Below, in pieces: positions 26,008-38,929 of a stretch of DNA of 64,000 nucleotides (position 1 is its first letter; the number at the start of each line of letters is the position of its first letter). Position numbers and translations under genes: made by a program. The stretch is from Raja brachyura (taxonomy: Eukaryota). The stretch covers positions 30,132,001 through 30,196,000 of the forward strand of contig OY740781.1 of the NCBI GenBank assembly GCA_963514005.1, given 5' to 3'. Below the pieces are notes generated by a model. The model saw only the letters and a program-made list of their open reading frames with translations, was not told where the DNA came from and ran no database searches.

Positions 26008-26320
26008 TGGGGCGGCATGGAGACGCAGTGGCAGAGTTGCTGCCTTACAGCGCCCGAGATCTGGGTTCGATCCCGACTACGGGTGTTGTCTGCACGGAGT
26101 TTGTATGTTCTCCCCGTGACCGTGTGGGTTTTCTCTGAGATCTTCGGTTTCCTCCCACACTCCACAGATGTACAGGTTTGTAGGTTAATTGGCTTGGTAT
26201 GGTGTAAAAAATGTTCCTAGTGTATGTAGGGTAGTGTTAATGTGCAGGGATCGCTGGTCGGCACAGACTCGGTGGGCCGAAGGTCCTGTTTCCGTGCTGT
26301 ATCTCTAAACTAAACTAAAC
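26008..26320 (+). mobile_element. tRNA-derived V-SINE (HE1-like)
   Basis: A-box-like head, B box GGTTCGATCC, V-domain GGAGTTTGTATGTTCTCCCCGTG..GGTTTCCTCCCAC, CR1-like 3' end with (TAAAC)n. Confidence 0.85.
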
Positions 26321-26976
26321 ATTTTATAGTAGTCTTGAAGAGGTTTTTAGATAAACACAAGAATATGCTGGGAGTGGAGGGATATGAAGCATGTGCAGGC
26401 AGAAGGGATCAGTTTAAGTAGGCATCATGTCCAGTGCAGACATTGCGAGTTAAATACTATTACTGTGCTGTACGTTTCTATATTCTATACTCAGTAAGCA
26501 GGCACAATTCAGCAGACTGCCACATTTCACAATGCTCAATATTCCTTCCTCTTGTAAGTACTGTTTGTTCCCTAGCCAACCTAGTAATTTATAGTGAGAA
26601 GTAAAGAACCAAACAATATGTATCAGGAGTATGATTGTCAATATGCACCAGGAGTTTGTTTGTCAATAAGGGCTGGAGCAACTTCTCTGGAAGGCATGGA
26701 CAAACAATGTTTCATGTCGTAACTCATGTCGGGGGTTCAGTATTGATGTGGATAGAGAGCTGGCTGGCAGACAGGAAGCAAAGAGTAGGAGTAAACGGGT
26801 CCTTTTCACAATGGCAGGCACTGACTAGTGGGGTACCGCAAGGCTCAGTGCTGCGACCCCAGCTTTTTACAATATATATTAATGATCTGGATGAGGGAAT
26901 TGAATGCAACATCTCCAAGTTTGCGGATCACACGAAGCTGGGGGGCAGTGTTAGCTGTGAGGAGAATACAAGGTGA

Positions 26977-27004
26977 CTGAAGAAGGGTCTCGACCCGAAA
27001 CGTC
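26977..27004 (+). ncRNA. Minimal type I hammerhead ribozyme motif (PLE-associated)
   Basis: CUGAAGA-A-[GGGU cucg ACCC]-GAAA-CG-UC: intact core, 4-bp stem II, palindromic ACGU in place of stem III; predicted cut 3' of 27004. Stem I pairing is poor in this copy. Confidence 0.7.
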
Positions 27005-27068
27005 GCCTATCTCCTTCGCTCCTTAGATGCTGCTGCACCCGCTGAGTTTCTCCAGCTTTTTGTGTAAC
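26977..27068 (+). mobile_element. 92-bp mini-Penelope insertion
   Basis: 9-bp TSD ACAAGGTGA at 26968-26976 and 27069-27077. Confidence 0.85.
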
Positions 27069-28925
27069 ACAAGGTGATTTGGATAGGTTGGGTGAGTGGG
27101 CAAATGCATGGCAGATGCAGTATAATGTGGATAAATGTGAGGTTATCCACTTTGGCGGCAAAAACAGGAGGGTAGATTATCATCTGAATGGTGGCCGATT
27201 AGGAAAAGGGGAGATGCAACGAGACCTGGGTGTCATGGTACACCAGTCATTGAAAGGAGGCATGCAGGTGCAGCAGGCTGTGAAGAAAGTGTTGGCATTC
27301 ATAGCAAAAGGATTTGAGTACAAGAGCAGTTGTACAGGGTCTTGGTGAGGCCACACCTGGTGTATTACGTACAGTTTTGGTCCCCTAATCTGAGGAAAGA
27401 CATTCTTGCCATAGAGGGAGTACAGAGAAGGTTCACCAGACTGATTCCTGGGATGGCAGGACTTCCATATGAAGAAAGACTGGATAGGCTTGGCTTGTAC
27501 TCGCTGGAATTTAGGAGATTGAGGGGGGATCTTATAGAGGCTTACAAAATTCTTAAGGGGTTGGACAGGCTAGATGCAGGAAGATTGTTCCCGCTGTTGG
27601 GGAACTCCAGAACAAGGGGTCACAGTTTAAGGATAAGGGGGAAATCTTTTAGGACCGAGATGAGAAGATCTTTTTTCACACAGAGAGTGGTGAGTCTGTG
27701 GAATTCTCTGCCACAGAAGGTAGTTGAGGCCTGTTCATTGGCTATATTTAAGAGGGAGTTAGATGTGGCCCTTGTGGCTAAAGGGATCAGGGGGTATGGA
27801 GAGAAGGCAGGTACAGGATACTGAGTTGGATGATCAGCCATGATCATATTGAATGGCGGTGCAGGCTCGAAGGGCTGAATGGCCTACTCTTACACCTATT
27901 TTCTATGATTCTATGATTCTATGAAATCCTCTCCAGACTAACAGTGTTGGGGAAGAGAGAGCTGGAAAAGTGATGGAGGCAGGACAAAGCCTGGCAACCG
28001 ATAGGTGGATGAGGGGGGTTTTGATTGAGTGGACAAGGCTAGAGGTAAAAAGGAGACAAAAGGGTGACAAACAGGAACTAACCTGAGACAAAAGGGAGAC
28101 AAGAAGACAAGAGGGTATTGATAGGATAGAATAGCAGTGAAGCAAGAGTGAAATGTAAAGCCAGAGGGACATAGGTGGAAGGGGGATAGGGGAAAAGAGC
28201 ATGGGTGCACAATGGGGCCAAGAAAAGTGGAGGGTGTGTGTGTGTATGTGTGCGCACGTGGGTGTTTGTGAGGGGGGGTGGGAGAGAATCAGGAGAAAAA
28301 AAAAATGGGGTGGGGTGTTACCCTGAAATTGAAAAATGCAATCTTCATACTGTTCCGTTGTACATTATCCACGGTGAATATGAAGTGCTGCTCCTCCTGT
28401 TTTAATAATTACTGTTATGCAATTTACAGAAGTATGGATATATATTACCTATTCTTCTCTCCACTACAGTGTTTTTTTGGTGTTAGCCACAGCTCCGTTG
28501 ATAGTTCTATCACTGCTGTACTACAGGGTAGATTCCAAACTAATTCCAGTGAAGAGCGTAACATTGAGTAGCACCTTTTCCAAATGTACAATCAGGCATT
28601 TTTTTAATACATTATAACAGCTCACTTAAACCAACAGTTAAAATCTAGCTTCAGTGCATTAGAGATAGTGGCTATAGGGTAAAGTACCAGGAACAGATAA
28701 TACTCATAAAGTTGTACCATAATAATTTTGTCAATAAATGCAGGTTATAGAAGAAACATGTACAAATATTTACCTTAAAAGACATGTATAATGTAAGATA
28801 AACAGTAACTGACATTTATAGACTCAAATAAAACTCAGAAATATGATTCAGAATAAATATGCCACATAAAAATAAATATGAACCATTTTTGAATTCTAAT
28901 CAATTTTCCTTTTTGTTTTACTTAC

Positions 28926-29059
28926 CATAAGTCAATGGTGCCCTCTCTTGGTATGTAAAGTTAAACAGTAGCTCCTCCTCGGGCATCTGGCTAACAAAGG
29001 TTTTCAGTAAACAGCGAATGATAAACAGGGCATTATGGGCCTGCCAAATAAACAGCTGG
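28926..29059 (-). CDS. DYM: Dymeclin coding exon (134 bp)
   Basis: cgtcAG acceptor, GTaagt donor. Encodes [44 protein letters not shown] (cf. recalled IFIWQTHNALFIICCLLKVF). Confidence 0.96.
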
Positions 29060-29504
29060 CTGACGAGAGAAAGATAAATACAAGAAGGATGATGAATGTG
29101 CGAGTTATAACCAGACCACATAATCCAGAGTTGCACAAAGAGGTTATAGAATATTGTTTTGCAAACTGAGTTTATATTATCGTGTCATAAAATTATGAAA
29201 ATCACAAGTGCAAATGAGAAAAATGGCATTTTAAATTACTAATTTTAAAAGAGTTTGCACACATTATTCACCCAAGAGAGGAAAGGTACGGGAAAGAAAC
29301 TGTTCAGATAATGAGCACATAATTAAATGTGTAGGAAAGCAGATGCTGGTTTAAATCGAAGGTAGACACTTTCTTCTTGATCTCAAACTACCTTGCATAT
29401 TTGTATTCCACACACTGACAAGATTCAGCTGCCATTTTTGATAACCATCTTTGTTATCTATGACAACACCCACTTTAGTGTCATGTGCAAATTTATTAAT
29501 CATA

Positions 29505-30512
29505 GGTAGACACAAATTGCTGGAGTAACTCAGCGAGGCAGGCAGCATCTCTGAGAAAAGGAATGGTTGACATAGTTGGAGACAGTAAGACTGGTGGGAG
29601 AACTGGAAAGTGGGAGGGGATGGCAAGAGAGGGAAAGCAAGGGCTACTTGAAGTTAGATGTACAGGTGATCTTTGCTTCAGTCATCTGTACCTTGGTTTT
29701 GGTGGGAAGGGACAAGTTGACCAGGGAGTTGCGGAGGGAACGGTCTCTGCGGAAAGCAGAAAGAGGTGGAAATGGGAAGATGTGGCCAGTAGTGGGATCC
29801 CATTGGAGGTGGCAAAAATGTTGGAGGATTATATGCTACATGCGATGGCTGATGGGGTGGAAGGTGAGGACAATGGGGACAGTCCTTGTTACGAATGGGG
29901 GGAGGGGGAGCAAGAGCGGACCCGCGGGACATCAAGGAGACCCTAGCGACAGCCTCATCTATAATGGAAGAGAGGAAGAGGGAAACCCCTGCTTCCCAAA
30001 GAATGAGGGCATCTCTGATGACCTGGTATGGAAAACCTCAGGTAGACACAAAATGCTGGAGTAACAGGCAGCATCTCTAGAGAGAAGGAATGGGTAACGT
30101 TTCGGGTCGAGACCCTTCTTCAGACCTCAACCTGAGCGCAGATCCGGCATAGACGGAGGAATTGGGAGTAGGGGATAGAGTCTTTACAGGAAACAGGTTG
30201 GGAAGAAGTGTAGTCTAAAGAGCTATGGGAGTCAGTGGGTTTGTAATAGATGTCGGTCAACAGTCTGTCTCCTGTGATGGAGATGGTGAGTTCTAGAAAA
30301 CGTAGGGGATGTCGGAGATGGTCCAAGTAAATTTGAGTGCAGGATGGAAATTAGTTGTGAAGTTGATGAAGTTAGTGAGTTCTACATGGATGCAGGAGGC
30401 AGCACCGATGCAGTCGTCAATGTAGCAGAGGTAGAGTTCGGGAATAGGGCCAGTGTACGCCTGGAACAGTGATTGTTCGACGTACCCAACAAAGAGACAT
30501 AGCTGTGGCCCA
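29505..30512 (-). mobile_element. Penelope-like element fragment (RT region + pLTR)
   Basis: LLTDIYYKPTDSHSSLDYTSSQPVSCKDSIPYSQFLRLCRIC, typical PLE RT C-terminus; degenerate YIDD (CYIDDC) near 30415. Confidence 0.85.
30041..30123 (-). mobile_element. 83-bp mini-Penelope insertion with hammerhead core at 30096-30123
   Basis: TSD ACCTCA at 30035-30040 and 30124-30129; minus strand reads CTGAAGAAGGGTCTCGACCCGAAACGTT. Confidence 0.8.
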
Positions 30513-32007
30513 TTAACTTTAACATAATTGTAATTTTAACATAATTAAAATGACAGGTTCAGTCCAGTGTGGAACCACAATGATCTAAAATGCCTCAACG
30601 ATTCGTATATTGATAAAATCAGTTTAAGAAAGCCATATATCCAATTTTCCTCAATAACAGGAAAACAAATAGGAATGTGAGAAGATTAAATTTCAAATAT
30701 ATATTTTATAATTAAAGCAAATAGTCAATAAAATGCAGGCAAACATGAGGATCGCCCAACTTAGATCTTAAAAGGCCAGACCAGATTGCTTTCTAAAAGA
30801 TTAAAAGCTGAAACAGTGCAGGCCCATGGATACAGGTCTTTAAACTGCCAGAGAGATTCAGATAAAATAATGAAGATGCGTAAAAGAATGTTGTGTACTT
30901 TAGCCCTCTAGATAAAATGTAAATGGAAGTCATAAAACTTATGAACATAAGGAACATAAGTAGCTGTAGACTATTCAGCCTCTCATGCCAGCTCAATAAA
31001 ATTACTCTTGATCTTTCACCTATCACCACTTTCATGCACTAATGCCAAATCCCTTGATTCCCTTCATATCTAAAATCCAATATTTTTATCTCTGACTTCG
31101 ATCTACTCAGCGGCTGAGCTTTTACAGATGAGAATTCTAAAAATATACCACCCTCTGGGGAAATTTCTTCTCATCTCAATTCTGAATGGCTAGTCCCTTA
31201 GAGCAAGCATGCAGTAATAAGCATGTTCTGGCCACCAAATTTTGGAAATAATTTATTAACTTTAGAAAGTGAACAGCAGAGATGTATTGAATCACATCGG
31301 GGCACCTTAAGATCAAATGAGGTGGTGACTACTCCCTACAATTTAGATGGTTTATGGCTGTTCTGATCAAAATTGCCACGTTATTAAGGGGAAAGAGTTA
31401 ATGTTAAACCTGAAATTAAATGGAGGAAGAGAGTTATGTAACTAAATGACCAGAGATTTTTCAACTATGTAAATTATTTGATCCGTAACACAGGCAAAGA
31501 CCATATGAAGCTCTGGCAAAGGAATTCTAACAATGGAGAAGGGAGAAGAACAGAGAAATGGCAACGTGCATTTGAAAAACCTCATTTAAAATGTCTAAAA
31601 AATACTTTACTAGCTGGCTAATCAAAGAAACTCAATGTTGCCAAAAGACGGTTATTAACAAAAGGAGTAAAGGAATATGAAATAAATTCTGCTTCAGGGC
31701 AGAAATGATGCCATCTTCAAAGGAGGAGAAATAACCCACTGTGGCGGTTTCCAGAAATAAAGGAGGTCTTTGAGAAAGTACGGGATAGGGAAAATAAAAG
31801 GTTTGAATTGATTTCTGCACCAATATGCCTTGGGTATAAAACATCTTTTTTACTAAAAATATTTTTTACACCAAAACTTGGTAAGATAGGCGCTTCACCT
31901 TTATATTAAGAAAGACACAGAACCTGAGCATGGCTTTGCAAAAAGGCACAGTGTCACATTGAAAAAGAACATGAAACTAGTAAAAGGTTTAGTTTAGTTT
32001 AGAGATA

Positions 32008-33585
32008 TAGTGCATTCAGAAAGTATTCAGACCCCTTCACTTTTTCCACATTTTGTTACGTTACAGCCTTATTCGTAAATGGATTAAATTCTTTTTTTTT
32101 AATCATCAATCTATACACAATACCCCACAATAAAAAAAGTGAAAACAGGTGTTTGCAAAGTAATTAAAAAGAAATAACTGAAATATCACATTTACATAAG
32201 TATTTAGACCCTTTGTTGAGGCAGCTTTGGCAGCGATTACAGTCTCAAGTCTTCTTAGGTCTGACGCTACAAGCTTGGCACACCTGTATTTGGGTATTAT
32301 CACCCATTCTTCTCTGCAGATCCTCTCAAGCTCTGTCAGGTTGGATGGGAAGCGTCGATGCACAGCTATTTTCAGGTCCCTCCAGAGATGTTTGATCGGG
32401 TTCAAGTCAGGGCTCTGGCTGGGCCACTCAAGGTCATTCACAGACTTGTCACAAAGTCACTCCAGCATTGTCTTGGCTGTGTGCTTAGGGTCGTTGTCTT
32501 ATTGGAAGGTGAACCTTTGCCCCAGACTGTGGACCAGAACGCTATGGAGCAGGTTTTCATCAAGGATCTCTCTGTACTTTGCTACGTTCATCTTTCCCTC
32601 GATCCTGACTAGTCTCCCAGTTCCTGTTACTGAAAAACATCCCCACAGCATGATGCTGCCACCACCATGCTTCATCGTAGGTATGGTATTGGCCAGGTGA
32701 TGAGCGGTGTCTGGTTTCTTCCAAATGTTAAATCTTGGTTTCATCAGACCAGGGAATCTTGTTTTTTATGGTCTGAGAGTCCTTTAGGTGCCTTTTGGCA
32801 AACTCCAAGCGGGCTGTCATGTGCCTTTTACTGAGGAGTGGCTTCTGACTGGCCACTCTACCATAAAGGCCTGATTGGTGTAGTGCTGCAGATATAGTTG
32901 TCCTTCTGAAAGGTTCTCCCATCTCCACAGAGGAACTCTGGAGCTCTGTCAGAGTGACCATTGGCTTCTTGGTCACCTCCCTGACCAAGGCCCTTCTCCC
33001 CAGGTTGCTCAGTTTGGATGGGCAGCCCGCTCTGTGAAGAGTCCTGATGGTTCCAAAGTTCTTCCATTTAAGAAAGACGGAGGCTACTGTGCTCTTCAGG
33101 ACCTGCAATGCTGCAGAAATTGTTTTATAGCCTTCCCCAGATCTGTGTCTCGACACAATCCTGTCTTGGAGGTCTACGGACAATTCCTTCATCTTCACGG
33201 CTTGGTTTTTGCTCTGACATGCACTGTCAATTGTGCGACCTTATATAGGCAGGTGTGTACCTTTCCAAATCATGTCCAATCAATTTAATTTGCCATGGGT
33301 GGACTCCAATCAAGTTGTAGAAACATTTCAAGGATAATTGATGGAAACAGGATGAACCTAAGCACAATTTTGAGTGTCATAGCAAATGGTCTGAATACTT
33401 ATGTAATTTCAGTTATTTATTTTGTTAATTATCTTGCAACATTTCTAAACACCTGTTTTTGCTTCTTCATTCATTGTGTGTAGGTTGATGATAAAATAAA
33501 TGAATTTAATCCATTTTAAAATAAGGCTGTAATGTAACAAAATGTGGAAAAGGTGAAGGGGTCTGAATACTTTCTGAGTGCACTG
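32008..33585 (-). mobile_element. Tc1 DNA transposon (long IR/DR-type TIRs), frameshifted transposase
   Basis: TA-flanked (C/T)AGTGCATTCAGAAAGTATTCAGACCCC termini; [28 protein letters not shown]. Inserted in the tail of a V-SINE (31987-32007 / 33588-33865). Confidence 0.95.
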
Positions 33586-33587
33586 TA

Positions 33588-33865
33588 CAGCGTGGGAAGA
33601 GGCCCTATGCCCAACAAATCTGCATGGACCAACAATCCCCGTACACTAGTTCTATCCTACGCACTAGGGTCAATTTTGTTTTACAGAAGCCAATGAACCT
33701 ACAAACCTACACGCCTTTGGAATGTGGAAGGAAATCAGAGCATCCAGAGAAAACCCACACAATCACAGGGAGAACATATAATTTCCGTACAGACAACTGT
33801 AGTCAGGATGGAACCTGGGTCTCTGGCGCTGTAAGGCAGCTGCTCTACTGCTGCGCCACAGTACC
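33588..33865 (-). mobile_element. V-SINE split by Tc1
   Basis: Reverse complement of the SINE at 26008; its (TTTAG)n tail lies on the other side of the Tc1. Confidence 0.8.
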
Positions 33866-35026
33866 ATCCCTATTTTTCAAAAATGAGTTTAAAAGATTTG
33901 ACAATAAAATGCTAACCTATTAAAATGAAAGGTTCTATTATAATTATATAATGGGTTTTTTTACGATAAAATAAGCGATTAATGCAAATGACTCTAGGTT
34001 AGCTCCTCAATTTGAAGTAGCTGAAACTGGAACACTCCGGGTAAATCCATTTAATCACAGAGAGAATGTGCACATTCCACTTGGTCTGTACTAAAGGTCA
34101 GGATTGAACCAGGTCATTGGAGCTATGGGGCCGTAGCCACAACGGCTACATTATGCTAACCATTATAATTAAGATAATCCTGAACTGTATTGTTTTTTCA
34201 ACATTATGATTTGATTATCATACTGGTTAATACTTTGTTAACAAAAGTTTTAATGAACACTGATAATGATTAATAATCAATTAGCTTCCTTACTGTTGAA
34301 TGAATGAATGTTTATTGGCCAAGTATATTCACATACAAGGAACATACATTCAGATTAACCTGCTCTGAGGTGTTTTTAGACATTTTAATTTAATAGGCAG
34401 CCAATGCCACCTTCAAAAAGTACAACATGCATGAGAAAACAAGGTCTCCCTGTATGTTTACAATAACAGGGTGTTACATAATTGTTATTTCTATATCTAC
34501 TTGTATAGATTTGCACAGCAACTGCAGATAGTTTAGAATTTTAGTTTCAGAAGTTTATTGTTCAATGTGTTTTATACAGTCACTTTATCTATATTATCAT
34601 GGATTAGATTCTCACTCTGTACATATGTGGGAAGAGATAAGAAGGCGCCTATGCTATTTGCTATGACCAAATCCTGTTTGTAGTCCTTAAAATACTACAT
34701 GCAAACCACAGGCTGAAGACAGTTTTTCTCTGAGAATAGTTGTTTGGTATAAAGAAATAAAACAAATTAATAATACCATTATAATTGATAGTAACTTTGA
34801 ATTTTGTATTAATTTTGGTTTACTCTCAAAGATCTTTGCGTTTCTCGCTGTGCATAAATTCATGCCCACATTTGCCAACAAAGCTATTGGGACAGAGACT
34901 TCAAAAGCAATTTTTTGGCAGTGAAGTGTTGTGAACATCCGAAGGACATGAAATGTTTTAAGTACTTTTCTTAGTGCATCTACCCATCTCAGTTAGCCCT
35001 TCCAAGTACCCAATACCAATTGGTAA

Positions 35027-35286
35027 TGGGTGGCGCAGCAGTAGAGTTGCTGCCTTATAGTGCGAGAGACTCGGGTCCGATCCTGACTACAGGTGCTTGT
35101 CTGCGGAGTTTGTAGTTTCTTCACGTGACCTGCAGGGGTTTTTTCCGAGTTTCCTCCCACACTCCAAAGACGTACAGGTTTAGGCTAGGATAGTGTTAGT
35201 GTGCGAAGATCGCTGGTCAGCACGGACTCCATGGGCCGAAGGGCCTGTTTCCGCGCTGAATCTGTAAATTAAACTGAAAACTAAAC
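35027..35286 (+). mobile_element. V-SINE (HE1-like)
   Basis: Same family as 26008-26320, with internal deletions. Confidence 0.8.
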
Positions 35287-35782
35287 AATGACTCTTGTGT
35301 GAAGTTTACACCTTCATTCAAGTATTTATTCCAAATTTGAGAACTTAAATACTGGCAAAGTATTTGAATACAAAAGAAATGTCAAAATGTATTTATGCAC
35401 ACCAACATTCTTAACCAGTGATCAATAATGAGAATCCATGCTAATAATTTCCTCCCCATACAAAAAAGATCCCAATACAGGAATGTGTTCTTTAATTATG
35501 TGATAAAAAAAGTCAGTACACATCAATAATTCAACCTCATTTATTAACCTGCCCTTTTTCTTAACTTTTCCCAGTTCTCCAGTGGAGCTCATCTAGTTCA
35601 GTCAATTTATTGAAATATTGTGAAATAATTCATTGAAATATTATTTGGGCTAAATTCACAATGTATTGCTATTTATCAGCTGGTTGAAATGTCCCACTTG
35701 TTAGGATACTGGCACTGCAGCACTTGACTACTGTCTGAGGGAATGTTGCACCATCAGAAGTAGTGTTTCACATGAGTTATTA

Positions 35783-37427
35783 CAGTGTCCTCCATAATGT
35801 TTGGGACAAAGGCCTGTCATTTATTTATTTGCCTCTGTACTTCACAATTTGACATTTGTAATAGAAAAAAATCACATGTGGTTAAAGTGGACATTGTCAG
35901 ATTGTAATAAAGGCAATTTTTAGACATTTTGGTTTCACCATGTAGAAATTACAGCTGTGTTTATACATAGTCCCCCCATTTCAGGGCACCATAATATTCG
36001 GGACACAGCAAGGTCATGTAAATGAAAGTAGTCATGTTTAGTATTTTGTTGCATATCCTTTGCATGCAATGACTGCTTGAAGTCTGCGATTCATGGACAT
36101 TACCAGTTGCTGGGTGTCTTCTCTGGTGATGCTCTGCCAGGCCTGTATTGTCATCATCTTTAGCTTATGCTTGTTTTGGGAGCTTCTCCCCTTCAGTTTT
36201 CTCTTCAGCATATAAAAGGCATGCTCAATTGGGTTCAGATCAGGTGATTGACTTGGCCACTGAAGAATTGACCATTTTTTAGCATTGAAAAACTCCATTG
36301 TTGCTTTAGCAGTATGTTTGGGATCATTGTCTTGCTGTAGAATGAACCACCGGCCAATGAGTTTTGAGGCATTTGTTTCAACTTTAACAGATAGGATGTG
36401 TCTATACACTTCAGAATTCATTATGCTACTATCATCAGCAGTTATCATCATCAATGAAGATAAGTGAGCCGGTACCTTCAGCAGCTATACATGCCCAGGA
36501 CATAACACCACACCACTGTGTTTCACAGATGAGGTGGTGTGCTTTGGATCTTGGGCAGTTTCTTTCTCTCCTCCATACTTTGCTCTTGCCATCACTCTGA
36601 TATAAGTTAATCTTCGTCTCATCTGTCCACAAGACCTTTTTCCAGAATTGTGCTTGCTCTTTTAAGAATTTCTAAGCAAACTGTAATCCGGCCATCCTAT
36701 TTATGCGGCGAACCAGCGGTTTGCATCTTGCAGTGTAGCCTCTGAACTTCTGTTCATGAAATCTTCTGTGGACAGTGGTCATTGACAAATCCACACCTGA
36801 CTCCTGAAGAGTATTTCTGATCTGTCGGACAGGTGTTTGGGAATTTTTCTTTATTATAGAGAGAATTCCTCTGTCATCAGCTGCGGAGGTTTTCCTTGGC
36901 CTGCCAGTCCCTTTGTGATTAGTAAGCTCACCAGTATTCTCTTTCTTCTCAATGATGTTCCAAACAGTTGATTTTGGTAAGCCTTGGGTTTGGCTTATGT
37001 CTCTAACAGTTTTATTCTTGTTTCTCAGTCTCATAATGGCTTTGACTTTCATTGGCACAAGTTTTTTATTGCATAGCAATAAAAGTTTCCAAAAGTGATG
37101 GAAAGACTGGAGGAAAAACTAGGTGCTGAGAGCTCTTTTATATCTGTCAATTAAAGGAGGCAATTAAACACACCTGAGCAATTACAAATGCCTGTGAAAC
37201 CATGTGTTTCAAACATTATGGTGCCCTGAAATGGAGGGACTATGTATGAACACAGCTGTAATTGCTACATGCTGAAACCAAAATGTATAGAAATACCCTT
37301 TAATAAAATCTGACAATGTGCACTTTAACCACATGTGATTTTTTTTCTATTACAAATCGCAAATTGTGGAGTACAGAGGCAAATAAATAATGATGGGTCT
37401 TTGTCCCAAATATTATGGAGGGTACTG
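35783..37427 (-). mobile_element. Second-family Tc1 transposon, decayed transposase
   Basis: TA-flanked CAGTRYCCTCCATAATRTTTGGGACAAAG long TIRs; [32 protein letters not shown]. Confidence 0.95.
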
Positions 37428-38151
37428 TAAATGATGAACCTCCTGTTTGATGTATGCAAATAATAATATCCCACAATGCAAAACAATACTTTTAACGCAA
37501 CATTTTAGGGAACATTCTGGACATATAATAAGTGCTTCATAACTGCAAGTCTATATTCTTCCAAAAAATAGGTCAAAAAATGCTTCTTTATGGATACCGA
37601 ATCAATTGCACAGAATCAGCTACAGAATGCTGAAGAGATAATTTGCACAGATTGAGTTCAGAGAGCTAAGGATCATTTCTCAGTAGTTATGTATTATGCC
37701 CAGGAATGAACAGTTGGATTTTTCAATCCATTTTAGAAGCTTCTATATTTTTAAATAAACCATTTGCTTCAGATGAGGAGGAAAAGGGGGCATGTAAGAG
37801 GCTTTTAGATAGGCACATGGATGTGTATATAAACAGGGAAAGATGAAATATGAATCACGTGGAGATCAGTATAACTTGACATAATGTTCGTCATAGACAT
37901 AGTGGGCCAACGGGTCTGTTCCTGTGCTGAACTGTTCTATGATGCCATTTGGCAGGGAAGTTGATTTATTTGTTACCACAGGATAGGATCCGGAAAGAAC
38001 GTTTTGGAACAGCAATATAATGGAAGAATTTTCCTCTTCTGGCATAGTTAACTTATTTACTTTAAAAGTATGAAATAAAGTTAACTCCAGAGACGTCAAT
38101 AGCCTTAACGGCACTATCAATTTATATATCAAAAATAGACAGCTGACTTAC

Positions 38152-38245
38152 TCTTGACATTCAGCCGAGATTTTTAATTCATTGGTTCTATTGAGGAAGA
38201 CCTTAACAAGAGCTTGTAAGTTCCCTGTACAAGGATTGTTCTCAA
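38152..38245 (-). CDS. DYM: Dymeclin coding exon (94 bp)
   Basis: tttcAG acceptor, GTaagt donor. Encodes [30 protein letters not shown] (cf. recalled [30 protein letters not shown]). Confidence 0.96.
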
Positions 38246-38876
38246 CTGAAAGAAATACACAAAACCTCAGAGCTATTTAATATCAGGAACATGCAAAACA
38301 AGTATTAATATGAAATGTTTTACAAGCAATATTGAAAAAGCATTTTCAAAGACAGATATAAGCTTATTACAAAATGTACGTATTTACACTAAAAATATAT
38401 ATTTAATGGAGAAAATTTAAATTGGATGTTCCTCAGTTTAAACAATTTTATTCCTCTGTAAAATGACATAACATGATAGATTTGAGCTCTACAACTAACA
38501 ACTCTCCAATACTTTACCCAGATAGCTACTTTTTCAGTGTAAAAATATACAAAATGTATAGGTATTTATCTATGGGGGGAAATAACATCAAATCTTAATC
38601 TTAACTAATTATATTAACTAATTATCTGATGTTTCCACCACCTATCTATCTCCAGAGGAAAATTTTACAAATCTACTCTACTCCAGCTGAAATCATTTAA
38701 CTCAGTAGAACGATTTGAGCAGGCAAATTGATTTTGGTTGCTTTTTGATAATTAAATCTCCAAGAATCAAAAACGCACTGTTAAATTGCTTTATTGTAAA
38801 AATGCGTGACTTCAAGGTTACATATGGTTTTCAAAGTCAAATAATGTGATATGATTTCAGGCAATAACATACGTAC

Positions 38877-38929
38877 TGAGTGATTTGGAGATTGGAAGTG
38901 TTGCCTCTTCCAAGAGACGAGTATCGGCA
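38877..38929 (-). CDS. DYM: Dymeclin coding exon (53 bp), most 5' DYM exon found in window
   Basis: ttttgcAG acceptor, GTacgt donor. Encodes ADTRLLEEATLPISKSL (cf. recalled SELKLLEEATISVCRSL). Confidence 0.92.

Larger units (their letters stand above)
26730..27922 (+). mobile_element. CR1 3' fragment (RT C-terminal half) carrying a 92-bp PLE insertion
   Basis: VPQGSVL..FAD..RPHL..WNSLP; (TTCTATGA)n tail. Confidence 0.92.

Noticed and set aside
26008-26080. tRNA gene
   Set aside because: tRNA-derived SINE head followed by V-domain and LINE tail; no complete cloverleaf.
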